Positions 30,617 through 41,168 are shown, counted from the first letter of the stretch. The stretch is DNA of 64,000 nucleotides from an uncultured Muribaculaceae bacterium (GCA_964560085.1 CAZLKF010000001.1:184794-248793); one strand, 5' to 3'. A program made the numbers and translations. Notes: a model not told the origin generated them from the sequence alone.

Positions 30617-30859
30617 TCACGCATCGACCGTTTCCTTAATGAAATTCTTAAGTTCACGATCCGTTATAACATTCCCTTCTGATAAAATTTTGTCTCCAAA
30701 GATAAGAGTTGGAATAACTTTGATTCCATATTTTTCCTTATCTTTAGCACTTATTCTTTCGATGTTGATAGGAACTTCAACTTCCCTCTCAACTTTATAT
30801 AAATTCTTAATAATTTTCATGCCATTGCTACAATCGGCACCTATTAGTTTAAAATCCAT
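30617..30859 (-). CDS. Thioredoxin-fold (glutaredoxin-like) small protein with a single Cys
   Basis: 80 aa with beta-alpha-beta topology hints (MDFKLIGADCSNG..VIPTLIFGDK); CSNG replaces a CxxC dithiol. Confidence 0.45.
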   Translation of the reverse strand: MDFKLIGADCSNGMKIIKNLYKVEREVEVPINIERISAKDKEKYGIKVIPTLIFGDKILSEGNVITDRELKNFIKETVDA

Positions 30860-31013
30860 TTTTTCCTCACTTTCTTTTTTGTTACTTATTATTTATATAT
30901 CATTATCACCTCTTTACAATAAAATTATATCTTATGATTTTGGCACAATTATGGGAATATTGTCGAAAATTATTTTATATTTGATTTTACGATTTTAATA
31001 TGTTATAAATTAT

Positions 31014-32180
31014 ATGGTGGTAACATTGAAAAAGTTGTTAGTTTTATTTTTTTTAATATTGTCAATTGGTTGTAATCCGAAAGATATAGAAAAAACAGAG
31101 ATTATTTTCACATCTTCTCTCACCTTTGAGTATGCAAAAGAAGTTTATCTTCACGATATTTTAAAAATAACTGAAGGAACTATTATTACCGATAATTATT
31201 TACTTGATACAACTACTATTGGAACAAAAAAAGTCGAATTTAAATATCGAAATAATTTAAATAAAGAGCGGACATATAAATTTGATATAAATGTCGTCGA
31301 TACAATTAAGCCAACAGTCTATACTTCATCGTTCACAACAATAAAAGGAAAAAACGTAGATTTTGTAAGTAATATCATTTGGGGCGACAATTATGATCGT
31401 AGTTTAACTAAAAAAATTGAAGGAAATTATGACATTAATACAATTGGTACATATCAATTAACAGCTATTGCAATTGATAGCAGTAATAATTTAACAGAAA
31501 AAAAATTTAAGCTAAATGTTGTTAATGAAAAAACAAATAGTTCAAACTCAAGATATTTATTAAGTGATTTAATAAAAGAGGCTAAAAGCGAAAATACTAC
31601 GATAGGTATTGACGTTTCTAGTTGGCAAGGAGATATTGATTGGCTAAAGGTGAAAAATGCCGGTGTTGAAGCAGCAATGATTAGAATTGGTTTTGGACAC
31701 AATAAAAATCACGAAATAATTGTAGACAGCAAATTTATCAATAATTTAAAAGGAGCCAAACAAGCAGGTATTAAAGTTGGCCTTTATTTTTACTCCTACG
31801 CCACAACTAATAGTGAAGCAGTCGAACAAGCAAGATGGATCATTAATCAATTAAATGGTGAAAAATTGGACTTGCCAATTGCTTTTGATTGGGAAGTTTG
31901 GACAAAACTTGATGATTATAAATTAAACTTCTATGATTTAAATAATATAGCACGCAGTTTCATCGAAGAAATAAATAAAAGTGGTTATACTGGTATGTTG
32001 TATAGCAGTGCTTTCTTTTTGAATCATATTTGGACTCTAAAAAACCAGCCAATTTGGTTAGCTTATTACACAACAAAAAATGATTTCGATAAACCTTATT
32101 CTATTTGGCAATTAAGTAGTGTTGGTAAAGTAGATGGGATAAACACAAATGTTGATTTAAATGTTTTTTACAAAAAATAA
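31014..32180 (+). CDS. Lipoprotein: Ig-like (DUF5011-type) domain + GH25 muramidase (lysozyme)
   Basis: Lipobox LSIGC; GH25 catalytic region IGIDVSSWQGDIDW...AAMIRIGFG...FYSYATT...IAFDWEVW. Confidence 0.8.
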   Translation: MVVTLKKLLVLFFLILSIGCNPKDIEKTEIIFTSSLTFEYAKEVYLHDILKITEGTIITDNYLLDTTTIGTKKVEFKYRNNLNKERTYKFDINVVDTIKPTVYTSSFTTIKGKNVDFVSNIIWGDNYDRSLTKKIEGNYDINTIGTYQLTAIAIDSSNNLTEKKFKLNVVNEKTNSSNSRYLLSDLIKEAKSENTTIGIDVSSWQGDIDWLKVKNAGVEAAMIRIGFGHNKNHEIIVDSKFINNLKGAKQAGIKVGLYFYSYATTNSEAVEQARWIINQLNGEKLDLPIAFDWEVWTKLDDYKLNFYDLNNIARSFIEEINKSGYTGMLYSSAFFLNHIWTLKNQPIWLAYYTTKNDFDKPYSIWQLSSVGKVDGINTNVDLNVFYKK

Positions 32181-32206
32181 TTTAGCAAAACTAAATTATT
32201 TTTTTA
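32176..32206. terminator. Bidirectional terminator between GH25 gene and gmk
   Basis: TAATTTAG-CAAAA-CTAAATTA hairpin followed by a T-run. Confidence 0.4.
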
Positions 32207-32878
32207 TATTATATTTTCTTTATTTAACATTTCTTTATCTTGAAGTAAATATTCATGAATCAATTCTTCTTCATTACCAATTTCTATGTCTTCAATTCGA
32301 TCAACGCGCAATTTTTCACTTTTTATAATTGAATTAATACTATCAACTGCTTCGATTAGATCATCATTAACGACAACATAATTATATTTTGAAAGCTCAT
32401 TAATCTCTTTATAAGCAGTTTTAAAACGAGCAATGATTTTTTCAGTTGATTCTGTTCCTCGACTTTTTAATCTTTTTATTAGCTCTCCCATACTAGGTGG
32501 AAGAATGAAGATAAATATAGCTTCAGGAACTATTTTTTTTACATTTAAAGCTCCTTCAATTTCAATTTCCAGAATTACATTTCTGCCCTTCTCTATATTT
32601 GTTGTAATCTCACTTTTTAAAGTACCATAATAATTACCATTATATAATGTATGTTCTAGCAAATTTTCTTGTTCTATATTAGTTTCAAACTCTTTTTTCG
32701 TAACAAAATAGTATTCTCGACCATTAGTCTCATAATCACGCTTTTCTCTTGAAGTCATAGAAACTGATAGATACAAATCATTATTATTCTTTAAAAGTTC
32801 TTTAATGATTGTTCCTTTGCCAGATCCACTAGGTCCACTAATTACAATTAAATCGCCTTTTTTTCTTCGTTTGATCAT
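32204..32878 (-). CDS. gmk: Guanylate kinase
   Basis: P-loop GPSGSGKGT; NMP-binding SMTSREKR...E; about 20-aa C-terminal extension. Confidence 0.9.
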   Translation of the reverse strand: MIKRRKKGDLIVISGPSGSGKGTIIKELLKNNNDLYLSVSMTSREKRDYETNGREYYFVTKKEFETNIEQENLLEHTLYNGNYYGTLKSEITTNIEKGRNVILEIEIEGALNVKKIVPEAIFIFILPPSMGELIKRLKSRGTESTEKIIARFKTAYKEINELSKYNYVVVNDDLIEAVDSINSIIKSEKLRVDRIEDIEIGNEEELIHEYLLQDKEMLNKENII

Positions 32879-32919
32879 ATTTCCCTCTCTTATATGAAAA
32901 AAAGATATAACTTATCTTT

Positions 32920-33219
32920 TTATCTTAAAATGCCCGCAGTTTTTTCTCCTTCGTCGCCAAAAGGATCACCTAAACTATTACCTGAGTTTTCTTGTATGCT
33001 TGGCTCAATACCATTAACTTTGCAAATTGCACTAACCATTTGTGTAAGTTGGTCAATTTTTGCACTATTTGCATAAGCCAGCTCACCAAATTCTCTAATT
33101 TTCTGTTCCAATGTTTTGAAATAACTAAAAAGTTCTTCAGATGTTGGCATCGCATTAAGTTTTCTTGATACGCTATCAAGCATATCTAATACATCAGTCA
33201 TATTTCCATATCCATTCAT
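32920..33219 (-). CDS. Hypothetical protein
   Basis: 99-aa ORF immediately upstream of gmk; no motif recognised. Confidence 0.35.
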   Translation of the reverse strand: MNGYGNMTDVLDMLDSVSRKLNAMPTSEELFSYFKTLEQKIREFGELAYANSAKIDQLTQMVSAICKVNGIEPSIQENSGNSLGDPFGDEGEKTAGILR

Positions 33220-33269
33220 ATAATTTTCCTCCTACTTAAATTATAACAATCGATGAATATTTAGTCAAA

Positions 33270-34328
33270 TTATTTTTTCAATGAAAAACTATTGTTTATA
33301 ATTAAAGTACTATACAAATACAACACTTCAGAGTCATCAACACTTAAATATTCTAAAACACTATCCATATTTATATATCTTAAATCAATTATAACAATTT
33401 CTTTATAAGAGGAAATTAATAAAGGAATTAAGCTACTACCAAATGAATCACGATAAATAACTAATTTTTTATCATTTAAGGCATTAGGATTTTCTATTTT
33501 TATCAATGATTGAGCTCCATTTAAATAAGTATCATACAAATCAAGTGATGAAGCTTTATTTAATGTATAAATTTTATCATTATTTTGATCTTCTAAATAC
33601 CAAACTTTACAATTCAAAATAGCATTTGAAACTAAATAATTAAGTCTTTCTGATTTTACACTTAGACCTAACTGGCCATAATAAACTCCTTTAAAGTCAT
33701 CAATTGTTTTTATTTGATAATCATCAGCATATTTAATGTCCATCACACTAGCCAACTTAGATATAACTTTAATAAGATTTTCTTGACGCCAATGAGTATC
33801 CGTTCTGAAATAATCATTTATTGTTAGTACATCGAACAAGTTTATATTACTTATGTCATTTAAATTATCACTAAGATAGTTTTTTAAATATTCATAGTCA
33901 ATTTTTAAATATTCGTCGTTCAAAAAATATGATTTGTCAGGAATTATTGCATAATACTTTTTGCTGTTTATAAAATACTTATTATTTATTTCATTAATAA
34001 TATTAGTAAAATTATTAAGCGATTCATTATTTAATTTGTAATCAATCTTGTATATATAATCATCTTTAACAAATAAAGAATTAACATCATTCATATTCAA
34101 AAAGTTCAAGTTGTATTGTGCTTTTAATGATCTAAATGCATTGCGAAATGCAAATTGATCTAAAGCATATTCATCAAAATCATTCATAAAATTATTGGTT
34201 ATTTCGGGAAACTGACTTAGTGTACGTCTTTCTTCAGATGAAACAAGAATATCGTCACTTAAAATATTATAAATTAAGAAAAATGATAAATAAAAGACAA
34301 AAGAAAATGTAATTATTTTATTTTTCAT
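33270..34328 (-). CDS. DHHW-family (AlgJ/AlgX/PatB-like SGNH) protein, partner of MBOAT
   Basis: N-terminal TM; FRTDTHW motif (DHHW-like); 3-nt gap to the upstream MBOAT gene. Confidence 0.6.
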   Translation of the reverse strand: MKNKIITFSFVFYLSFFLIYNILSDDILVSSEERRTLSQFPEITNNFMNDFDEYALDQFAFRNAFRSLKAQYNLNFLNMNDVNSLFVKDDYIYKIDYKLNNESLNNFTNIINEINNKYFINSKKYYAIIPDKSYFLNDEYLKIDYEYLKNYLSDNLNDISNINLFDVLTINDYFRTDTHWRQENLIKVISKLASVMDIKYADDYQIKTIDDFKGVYYGQLGLSVKSERLNYLVSNAILNCKVWYLEDQNNDKIYTLNKASSLDLYDTYLNGAQSLIKIENPNALNDKKLVIYRDSFGSSLIPLLISSYKEIVIIDLRYINMDSVLEYLSVDDSEVLYLYSTLIINNSFSLKK

Positions 34329-34330
34329 AG

Positions 34331-35731
34331 TTAAAATCTAAAATATAAGAAAGGATTAAATGAAGAATCAATTAAATAGGCCGTTACAAGCAACAAAATT
34401 GCAATAACAACAATTGGTTCAATAAATAGTAAAACTTTCTTAAATTTACTCCTTTCACTCATTCTTATTTGTAAGTTTTTAAATAATGGTGTTGATGCAA
34501 CAATTGCTATCATAAATAAAATTAGATAGCTCTTTAAATAATAAAGAATTTCCTGATTATAAAAGCTTAATTTATTAAAAGCAAACATATTTTTTAGATT
34601 TAAAACAAGTATGTCCATATTGTCATAATTAAATATCACAAAACTGATTATGACAATAAACATAGTATAAACATGTCCTATTATTTTATGTTTATCAAGA
34701 AACTTTTGGAGAAACATTTTTTCAAGTAATAAAAATACGGCAAAATATAAACCCCAAATAATAAAATTCCAACTAGCACCATGCCAAAAACCTGTTGCAA
34801 ACCAAACTATAAAAATATTTCTTATCCATTTTATTTTACTAACTCTGTTTCCGCCTAAAGGAATATAGATATAATCTCTTAACCAAGACGAAAGTGAAAT
34901 ATGCCAACGACGCCAAAAATCAGTGATGGAAGTTGCTATAAATGGATAATTAAAATTTTCTAAAAATTTAAAACCAAATATACGTCCTAATCCAATTGCC
35001 ATATCACTATAACCACTAAAATCAAAATAAATTTGCAAAGTATAACTTATAGCTTTAATCCAACTTGCTAAAATTGTCATTTCATTAAAATTGCCAATTA
35101 TATTACATAATTGACCAAAAACATTGGCAATTAAGACTTTTTTAGCTAAGCCACCAACAAATCTCTTGACTCCGTAACCGAAATCATCATAATTTGAGTC
35201 GCGTTTCTTTAAAAACTCATTGATATCACTATAGCGAACAATTGGTCCCGCAATTAATTGTGGAAATAAAGCGACATACGTAGCAAAAGATATGAGATTG
35301 TGGTCGGCTTTAACCTTTTTGTTATAGACATCAATAACATAACTCATTGTTTGAAAAGTAAAGAAACTAATTCCTATTGGTAATGTTAATGATAAAAGCC
35401 CAACTTTACTTGAAAAAATTGCATTAATATTCTGAATAAAAAAATTCGTATATTTGAAAAAAAATAAAATTCCAAGATCAATAATAATGGCTGATATTAA
35501 ATATTTCTTCGCTTTATTATTTTTTAAATTTTTTTCAACTAAAAGTCCAAGATAGTAATTTATTAGTATGGAAGCAATAAAAACGATAACGTATTTAGGT
35601 TCACCCAACGTATAAAAAACTAAACTTGCAACAAGCAAAACTAAATTTTTATACTTTTTACTTGCTAAAAAATATATTAATAACAATATAGGTAAAAAGT
35701 AATAAATAAACGATATACTTGAAAATATCAT
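34331..35731 (-). CDS. MBOAT-family membrane O-acyltransferase (AlgI/DltB/PatA-like)
   Basis: Polytopic; conserved MBOAT region WRRWHISLSSWLRDYIYIPLGGNR and catalytic His in FATGFWHGASWNF. Confidence 0.85.
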   Translation of the reverse strand: MIFSSISFIYYFLPILLLIYFLASKKYKNLVLLVASLVFYTLGEPKYVIVFIASILINYYLGLLVEKNLKNNKAKKYLISAIIIDLGILFFFKYTNFFIQNINAIFSSKVGLLSLTLPIGISFFTFQTMSYVIDVYNKKVKADHNLISFATYVALFPQLIAGPIVRYSDINEFLKKRDSNYDDFGYGVKRFVGGLAKKVLIANVFGQLCNIIGNFNEMTILASWIKAISYTLQIYFDFSGYSDMAIGLGRIFGFKFLENFNYPFIATSITDFWRRWHISLSSWLRDYIYIPLGGNRVSKIKWIRNIFIVWFATGFWHGASWNFIIWGLYFAVFLLLEKMFLQKFLDKHKIIGHVYTMFIVIISFVIFNYDNMDILVLNLKNMFAFNKLSFYNQEILYYLKSYLILFMIAIVASTPLFKNLQIRMSERSKFKKVLLFIEPIVVIAILLLVTAYLIDSSFNPFLYFRF

Positions 35732-35767
35732 ATTGATTTCCCTTCTAAAAAAGTCTTCTTTTGAAGA

Positions 35768-36235
35768 CTATTTATTTAATGCTAAAAAATTGTCATGCAT
35801 AGTTTTTCCAATATCATTATTCATTATTAAAACTATGACATCTCCGATGCTATCAACATAAACATTCTTTTCATCAACATCAACGCAAATCCATTTCCTT
35901 GGATTAACTTTAGCTTTAATATCAGTTTTAATTTGTTCAATATTGGTTGTATCATTAAGACGGATTAAAACTACTGAATGAGCAGTTGACGAACGCATTG
36001 GTTCTGAAACTAAAATTTCTTTATAATCAAGTTCATCAAGACCAATATAGTAACTCAAATTTTCTTTTGTAACTTCAGGGTTAGCTAAAGGTGCAGGTAG
36101 TTGTTCTTCAGGAATTCCTTCATACACTTTATCCATTATTTCTGATAAACTAAACTCTAAATTTTTTTCTTTTTTATCGCATCCGACTAATAAAATAGTT
36201 GCAATAATCATTGTTGTAATTAATATTTTTTTCAT
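35768..36235 (-). CDS. Lipoprotein (DUF4358-like)
   Basis: Lipobox LLVGC; 155 aa; third gene of the sigma/anti-sigma operon. Confidence 0.45.
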   Translation of the reverse strand: MKKILITTMIIATILLVGCDKKEKNLEFSLSEIMDKVYEGIPEEQLPAPLANPEVTKENLSYYIGLDELDYKEILVSEPMRSSTAHSVVLIRLNDTTNIEQIKTDIKAKVNPRKWICVDVDEKNVYVDSIGDVIVLIMNNDIGKTMHDNFLALNK

Positions 36236-36237
36236 AT

Positions 36238-36648
36238 TTACTCTCCTTCACATTTTTGAAATTCAATATAATTATCTTCATTTTGTATTATGATTGAATT
36301 TGCTGTTTTTAATCTATAAATTTTGTTTCCCATAATGTATTCTTTTGTTTCCTTAATAAATTGTAATAAATCAACATTACCATTCCAAATACCAACTTCA
36401 TGATAGCAAACTCCTTCAAAGATAATTTGACTATCTTCAGTTCTGATTATTTGAGGAACATTGGGAACTTGTCTATTAAATGAGACCATCATCATAAAGC
36501 AAGCTGAGGCCATGGCCATTAAGAAAATATTAGATAATAAATGATTGTTAATTTTTTTATTATCTGAATTAAGAATATTGTTTAAAATTTCATTTTTTTT
36601 CTTAGTAGATGGAGTTGTTTTATCAAATAATGCTTTAATTCTATTCAT
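36238..36648 (-). CDS. Putative anti-sigma factor (single-pass membrane protein)
   Basis: Overlaps the sigma gene by 8 nt; short cytoplasmic N-terminus, TM LSNIFLMAMASACFMMMV, small extracytoplasmic domain. Confidence 0.45.
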   Translation of the reverse strand: MNRIKALFDKTTPSTKKKNEILNNILNSDNKKINNHLLSNIFLMAMASACFMMMVSFNRQVPNVPQIIRTEDSQIIFEGVCYHEVGIWNGNVDLLQFIKETKEYIMGNKIYRLKTANSIIIQNEDNYIEFQKCEGE

Positions 36649-37132
36649 AGTCTCCCTCCTCCTTTATCATTTCTCCCAGTAATTTTCTGCCACGAAGGAG
36701 ATCAGATCTTACTGTTGATTCATTCATTTTTAAAATAATAGCTATTTCGCTTGTTTTATATCCTGCATAATAATGTAAATAAAGAACATTCTTATATTTT
36801 AAAGGTAAGTTCATTAAACATTCTAGTGTTTGGTCTTTTTGAGTAGTATAACTGGGTTCGGATATTTTTAAAATATCTGAAACTTTATTCCACCAATGCT
36901 TTAAATTATTAAAACACACTCTTTTAGAAGTTAATATCAACCAAGCTTTTTCATGATTAAGATCTGTGAATATAGGTTGTTTTTCGTATAACTTTAAAAA
37001 TGTATTTTGAGTTGCATCTAAAGCATCAGCATCTGACTTCAAGTACATCAAACACAGGTGATAAACCATATCAAAATTTCTATTGTAAATTTGAATGAAT
37101 TCTTCGTTCGTACGTAACAAAGATTCAGTCAT
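36641..37132 (-). CDS. ECF-type RNA polymerase sigma-70 factor
   Basis: 163 aa; region 2 (FDMVYHLCLMYLKSDADALDATQNTFLKLY) and region 4 HTH (YKNVLYLHYYAGYKTSEIAIILKMNESTVRSDLLRGRKLL). Confidence 0.8.
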   Translation of the reverse strand: MTESLLRTNEEFIQIYNRNFDMVYHLCLMYLKSDADALDATQNTFLKLYEKQPIFTDLNHEKAWLILTSKRVCFNNLKHWWNKVSDILKISEPSYTTQKDQTLECLMNLPLKYKNVLYLHYYAGYKTSEIAIILKMNESTVRSDLLRGRKLLGEMIKEEGDYE

Positions 37133-37202
37133 CTTTATCTCCTCCTATATAATAAACAATTGAATATATAAAAATGTTGCAAGAATTTTATATTTTTATT
37201 TT

Positions 37203-37234
37203 AACACAAAAAAAGATAATAATTCTATTATCTT
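37203..37234 (-). terminator. Rho-independent terminator
   Basis: AAGATAATA-ATTC-TATTATCTT hairpin with a T-run on the minus strand. Confidence 0.45.
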
Positions 37235-37449
37235 CTTATTTTACTATTTTGTCCTATTCCAAGTTTCATTGCTTCAATTTCATTATGTTTTTCAAGTGCT
37301 TGCGCTAAACGATCACAAGCATGTGCCAAATCATCTAAAACACAAATATTACCATTAAAATTCTTCAATGCTTCCTTTAGAGCTGCAGTGTCTTGCAGAG
37401 CATAGGATAAAGCACGCATTTGATCACAATCGTATGACATATAATTCAC
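37228..37449 (-). CDS. Small hypothetical protein (73 aa)
   Basis: Helical; ATGA overlap coupling with the upstream 76-aa ORF. Confidence 0.35.
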   Translation of the reverse strand: MNYMSYDCDQMRALSYALQDTAALKEALKNFNGNICVLDDLAHACDRLAQALEKHNEIEAMKLGIGQNSKIRR

Positions 37450-37676
37450 TCTCCTAACTCATATTTAGTTTTACTTTTAGCTTTAGCTTCTTCATATTGA
37501 TTAGGTCTTTCCGTATAAATTGCAAGAAGAATATCACGGATTTCTGTTAAGATATTGATTATTGCCGTATTATCACTGCGCAAATCTGTTGCAATAGTAT
37601 TTGCTAAAGATTTAACATCATATAAGTCTTTTGATATTTCCCTTAAATCTTTATTACTAGGATTAGTTGCTTTCAT
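37446..37676 (-). CDS. Small hypothetical protein (76 aa)
   Basis: Helical; coupled to the 73-aa ORF; flanked by terminators. Confidence 0.35.
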   Translation of the reverse strand: MKATNPSNKDLREISKDLYDVKSLANTIATDLRSDNTAIINILTEIRDILLAIYTERPNQYEEAKAKSKTKYELGE

Positions 37677-37760
37677 AATATTTCCCCCTTATTTACGAGC
37701 TATTATACCAATTATTAGATTTTTGTCAAATTAAAAAGGCAATTTCTTGCCTTTTATAAT

Positions 37761-39791
37761 CTAATCAATTGCTTTTTTACATTCTGAACAATACTTAGAA
37801 CCTTTTTTCTCAAGTACTACTGCTCCACAATCAGGACATTTCATATCTATTGGTCGATCCCAATAAGCCGTTTTACAAGTTGGATAATTATTACAACCAT
37901 AGAATATTTTACCTTTTTTGCTTTTCTTTTCAACAATCATTCCATCACAATTTGGACATTTTAGAACTTCTTTTATTTCTTTAGGAGTGGATTTTATATA
38001 TTTACATGCTGGATAATTGCTACAAGCTGTAAATTCACCATATTTCCCTTTACGAATTACTAATGGACTTCCACAATTAGGACAATCTTCACCAGTTTTT
38101 TCGGCTTCTTTTTTAGGCATTCCCGAAAATGCTTCTTTTACAGCCGGTTCAAATTCATTATAAAATTCTTTTAATGTTTTGATGTGATCAACATGACCTA
38201 AAGCAATTTCATCCAAATTTTCTTCCATATTAGCAGTATATTTAACATTAATAATATGGCTGAAGAATTCTTGCAATTTGTCAGTTATCTCAACGCCTAT
38301 TTCCGTTGGCTTAAATTTCTTATCTTCCATTAAGGTATAACCACGAGTTCTTAAAGTTTCCATAATCGTTGCATAAGTACTTGGACGTCCTATTCCTAGT
38401 TCTTCCATTTCTTTAATTAATTTAGCTTCACTATAACGAGCTGGTGGTTTAGTAAAATGTTGTTCTTTAACAATATCATTGCTTGCAATGGTTGATGACT
38501 TGTAATTTTCAAAAGGTGGTAATATAGTATCCGTACTATCTTCATAATCGGAATATACTTTTAAATAACCATCAAAAACAATTGTTTGACCAGTGGCTTT
38601 AAATTGATAATTGTTATTATCAAGTATTACTGTCGTAGCTAATACTTTAGCTTCCTTCATAAGTGATGCCAAAGCACGATAATAAATCATGCGATATATT
38701 TTATATTCATCAGCTGATAAATATTGTTTTATACTTTCTGGTGTTCTATTAATACTAGTTGGACGAATTGCTTCATGGGCATCTTGAACATTTTCTTGTT
38801 TTTTGGCTTTTTTAACGTGACCAATATATTCATGTCCATATTTTGTTTCAATAAATTTGTAAGTTGCTTTAATAAATTCATCAGAAAATCTTACCGAATC
38901 GGTACGCATATAACTAATTAACCCGACAGTTTCATTTTCAAGTTCAATTCCCTCATATAACTTTTGGGCAATCATCATCGTCTTTTTTGAACTCATATTA
39001 AATTTATTAGAAGCATCTTGTTGTAAAGTACTTGTTATGTATGGATACTTTGATTCCTTCTTTTTCTCTTTTTTATCAACATCTTCTATTTTAAACGATT
39101 TTGCTAAATTACTTAAAACTTCGTTAGCCTTAAGTTCATCAGGAATATCAAATTTTTTATGATTATAATTAAACAACTCTGCTTTAAAATCATTAAATAT
39201 AGCAGTTATTGTCCAATATTCTTCTGGGTTAAACGCCTCGATTTCTCGTTCGCGATCAACAATTAGCTTTAATGCGACACTTTGAACACGACCAGCTGAT
39301 GAGCCATCAGTTTTTGCTTGCATTAATTTACTCAAACGAAAACCAATTATTCGATCAAGCATTCTTCTTGTTTCTTGAGAGTTTACTAAATTTTGATCAA
39401 TTAATCTAGCCGATGAGAAAGAATCTAAAATAGCAGTTTTAGTTATTTCATTAAAAACAATACGTTTATAGTCATTATCTTTAAGTTTTAAAGCATCATA
39501 AAGATGCCATGAAATTGCTTCTCCTTCGCGATCGGGGTCGGTTGCAAGATAAACAAAATCTGAAGATTTGACTTCTTTTTTCAAATCATCAATCAGCTTC
39601 TTCTTACCTTTTATATTAACATAATCAGGCTTAAAATCACCTTCGACATCAATTCCTAAACCATATTTTCCTTTAGTTGATAAATCTCTAATGTGACCTT
39701 TACTGGAAACAACCTTAAACTCTTTCCCTAAATATGCTTCAATTGTCTTTGATTTACTAGGAGATTCTACTATTACCAATTTTTTTGTCAT
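37761..39791 (-). CDS. topA: DNA topoisomerase I
   Basis: TOPRIM N-terminus LVIVESPSKSKTIEAYLG; catalytic Tyr region; three C-terminal C4 zinc ribbons. Confidence 0.95.
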   Translation of the reverse strand: MTKKLVIVESPSKSKTIEAYLGKEFKVVSSKGHIRDLSTKGKYGLGIDVEGDFKPDYVNIKGKKKLIDDLKKEVKSSDFVYLATDPDREGEAISWHLYDALKLKDNDYKRIVFNEITKTAILDSFSSARLIDQNLVNSQETRRMLDRIIGFRLSKLMQAKTDGSSAGRVQSVALKLIVDREREIEAFNPEEYWTITAIFNDFKAELFNYNHKKFDIPDELKANEVLSNLAKSFKIEDVDKKEKKKESKYPYITSTLQQDASNKFNMSSKKTMMIAQKLYEGIELENETVGLISYMRTDSVRFSDEFIKATYKFIETKYGHEYIGHVKKAKKQENVQDAHEAIRPTSINRTPESIKQYLSADEYKIYRMIYYRALASLMKEAKVLATTVILDNNNYQFKATGQTIVFDGYLKVYSDYEDSTDTILPPFENYKSSTIASNDIVKEQHFTKPPARYSEAKLIKEMEELGIGRPSTYATIMETLRTRGYTLMEDKKFKPTEIGVEITDKLQEFFSHIINVKYTANMEENLDEIALGHVDHIKTLKEFYNEFEPAVKEAFSGMPKKEAEKTGEDCPNCGSPLVIRKGKYGEFTACSNYPACKYIKSTPKEIKEVLKCPNCDGMIVEKKSKKGKIFYGCNNYPTCKTAYWDRPIDMKCPDCGAVVLEKKGSKYCSECKKAID

Positions 39792-39938
39792 AAGCCACTT
39801 CCTTGTTCATTTAATTTATACACTATAATTTATTTATTGTCAATCATTAATATTATACGATTATTTGTCAATTATTCCTTTTTCTAATTGAATAATAAAG
39901 TTTTCATATGATATAATAATATTGTCCGAGGTGGAACT

Positions 39939-41168
39939 ATGAAACTAAAAGAAATTACAAATGAAGAATTTACAAAATTTGCTGATGATTTTCCAACAAA
40001 ATCAATTTTTCAAACAACTGGTTATGCTTTTACAATGAATAAACAACACTTTGATAGTGTATTTTTAGGATTGATTGATGAAAATAATACAATTAGAGCA
40101 GCTTCATTAATATTAATTGCTAATGTTAAAGGGTTCAAATATGCTTATGCTCCAAGGGGTTTTCTTATAGATTATACTAACAAAGAAATGTTAAAAGATT
40201 TTACATTCCAAATAAAAAAATTCTTAAATCGCAATGACATAATTGCCATTAAAATAAATCCTTTAGTTATTCGTAATGTCTATGATAAAAAAGGCAATTT
40301 AATTGCTACTAATCAAAATGATGATATTATTTTAAAGAATTTAACAGATCTTGGTTACGAACATGGCGGTTTTAACAATTATTTTGAAGCTTTCAAACCA
40401 AGATTTGAAGCTATTATCGATTTAAAACCATCATTAGATGATTTATTTATGTCTTGTAAGAAAGCTTTAAGAACAAAAGTTAGAAGAGCGGAACTTAATG
40501 GCATTACCGTGCATCGTGGTGATGACACTAATATTAAATATTTATATGAACAATTAAAAGCAACTTATCCCCGTGATATGAAGTATTTTCAAGATTCGTA
40601 TGAATTTTACAGTCGTAATAATTTGATAGATTTCTATTATGCCAAAATTGAAACAAGTACTTTTTTAGCTCAATCGCAAAAATTGTATCAAGACCAAGAA
40701 CAATTAGTAAGTGATTTAAGTAATACAGTTATTGTGGAAGCAAAAAATGATTCTAGCAAGACTCTTAGTATGAAATTAGAAGCAGATAATTTGCTTGCTA
40801 GTTATAAAGATCAATTATTACGTGCAACTCAATTATTAAAAGACCACCCTGAAGGAATAATTACTGCATGTGCTCTTGTCATCAAAAATGGTGCAGAAGC
40901 TGTTCTTTTAATAGATAGCCGTGATAAAGAATATTCTTCATTTAATTCTAAGCATATCTTACTATGGAAAATCATTTGCAAATATGCAATGGATGGTTAT
41001 AAAAAATTTAATCTAGGAGCCGTTTCAAATATTAAACTTAAACCGAATAAATTTCAAGGATTAAACGATTTCAAATGTAACTTCAATCCTAAAGTTTATG
41101 AATATTTGGGTGACTTTGAACTTGTAGCTGTTAAATCATTATATTTAATGTATAAAGCTGTAAAATAA
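39939..41168 (+). CDS. FemAB-family peptidoglycan interpeptide-bridge aminoacyltransferase
   Basis: 409 aa; N-terminus MKLKEITNEEFTKFADDFPTKSIFQTTGYAF parallels FemA/FemX; GNAT-like halves with an inserted coiled coil. Confidence 0.8.
   Translation: MKLKEITNEEFTKFADDFPTKSIFQTTGYAFTMNKQHFDSVFLGLIDENNTIRAASLILIANVKGFKYAYAPRGFLIDYTNKEMLKDFTFQIKKFLNRNDIIAIKINPLVIRNVYDKKGNLIATNQNDDIILKNLTDLGYEHGGFNNYFEAFKPRFEAIIDLKPSLDDLFMSCKKALRTKVRRAELNGITVHRGDDTNIKYLYEQLKATYPRDMKYFQDSYEFYSRNNLIDFYYAKIETSTFLAQSQKLYQDQEQLVSDLSNTVIVEAKNDSSKTLSMKLEADNLLASYKDQLLRATQLLKDHPEGIITACALVIKNGAEAVLLIDSRDKEYSSFNSKHILLWKIICKYAMDGYKKFNLGAVSNIKLKPNKFQGLNDFKCNFNPKVYEYLGDFELVAVKSLYLMYKAVK

Noticed and set aside
32920-33219. Possible RemA/YlzA (DUF370) homolog upstream of gmk, as in Bacillus
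   Set aside because: The 99-aa sequence shows no resemblance to the conserved RemA core, so it is left as hypothetical.
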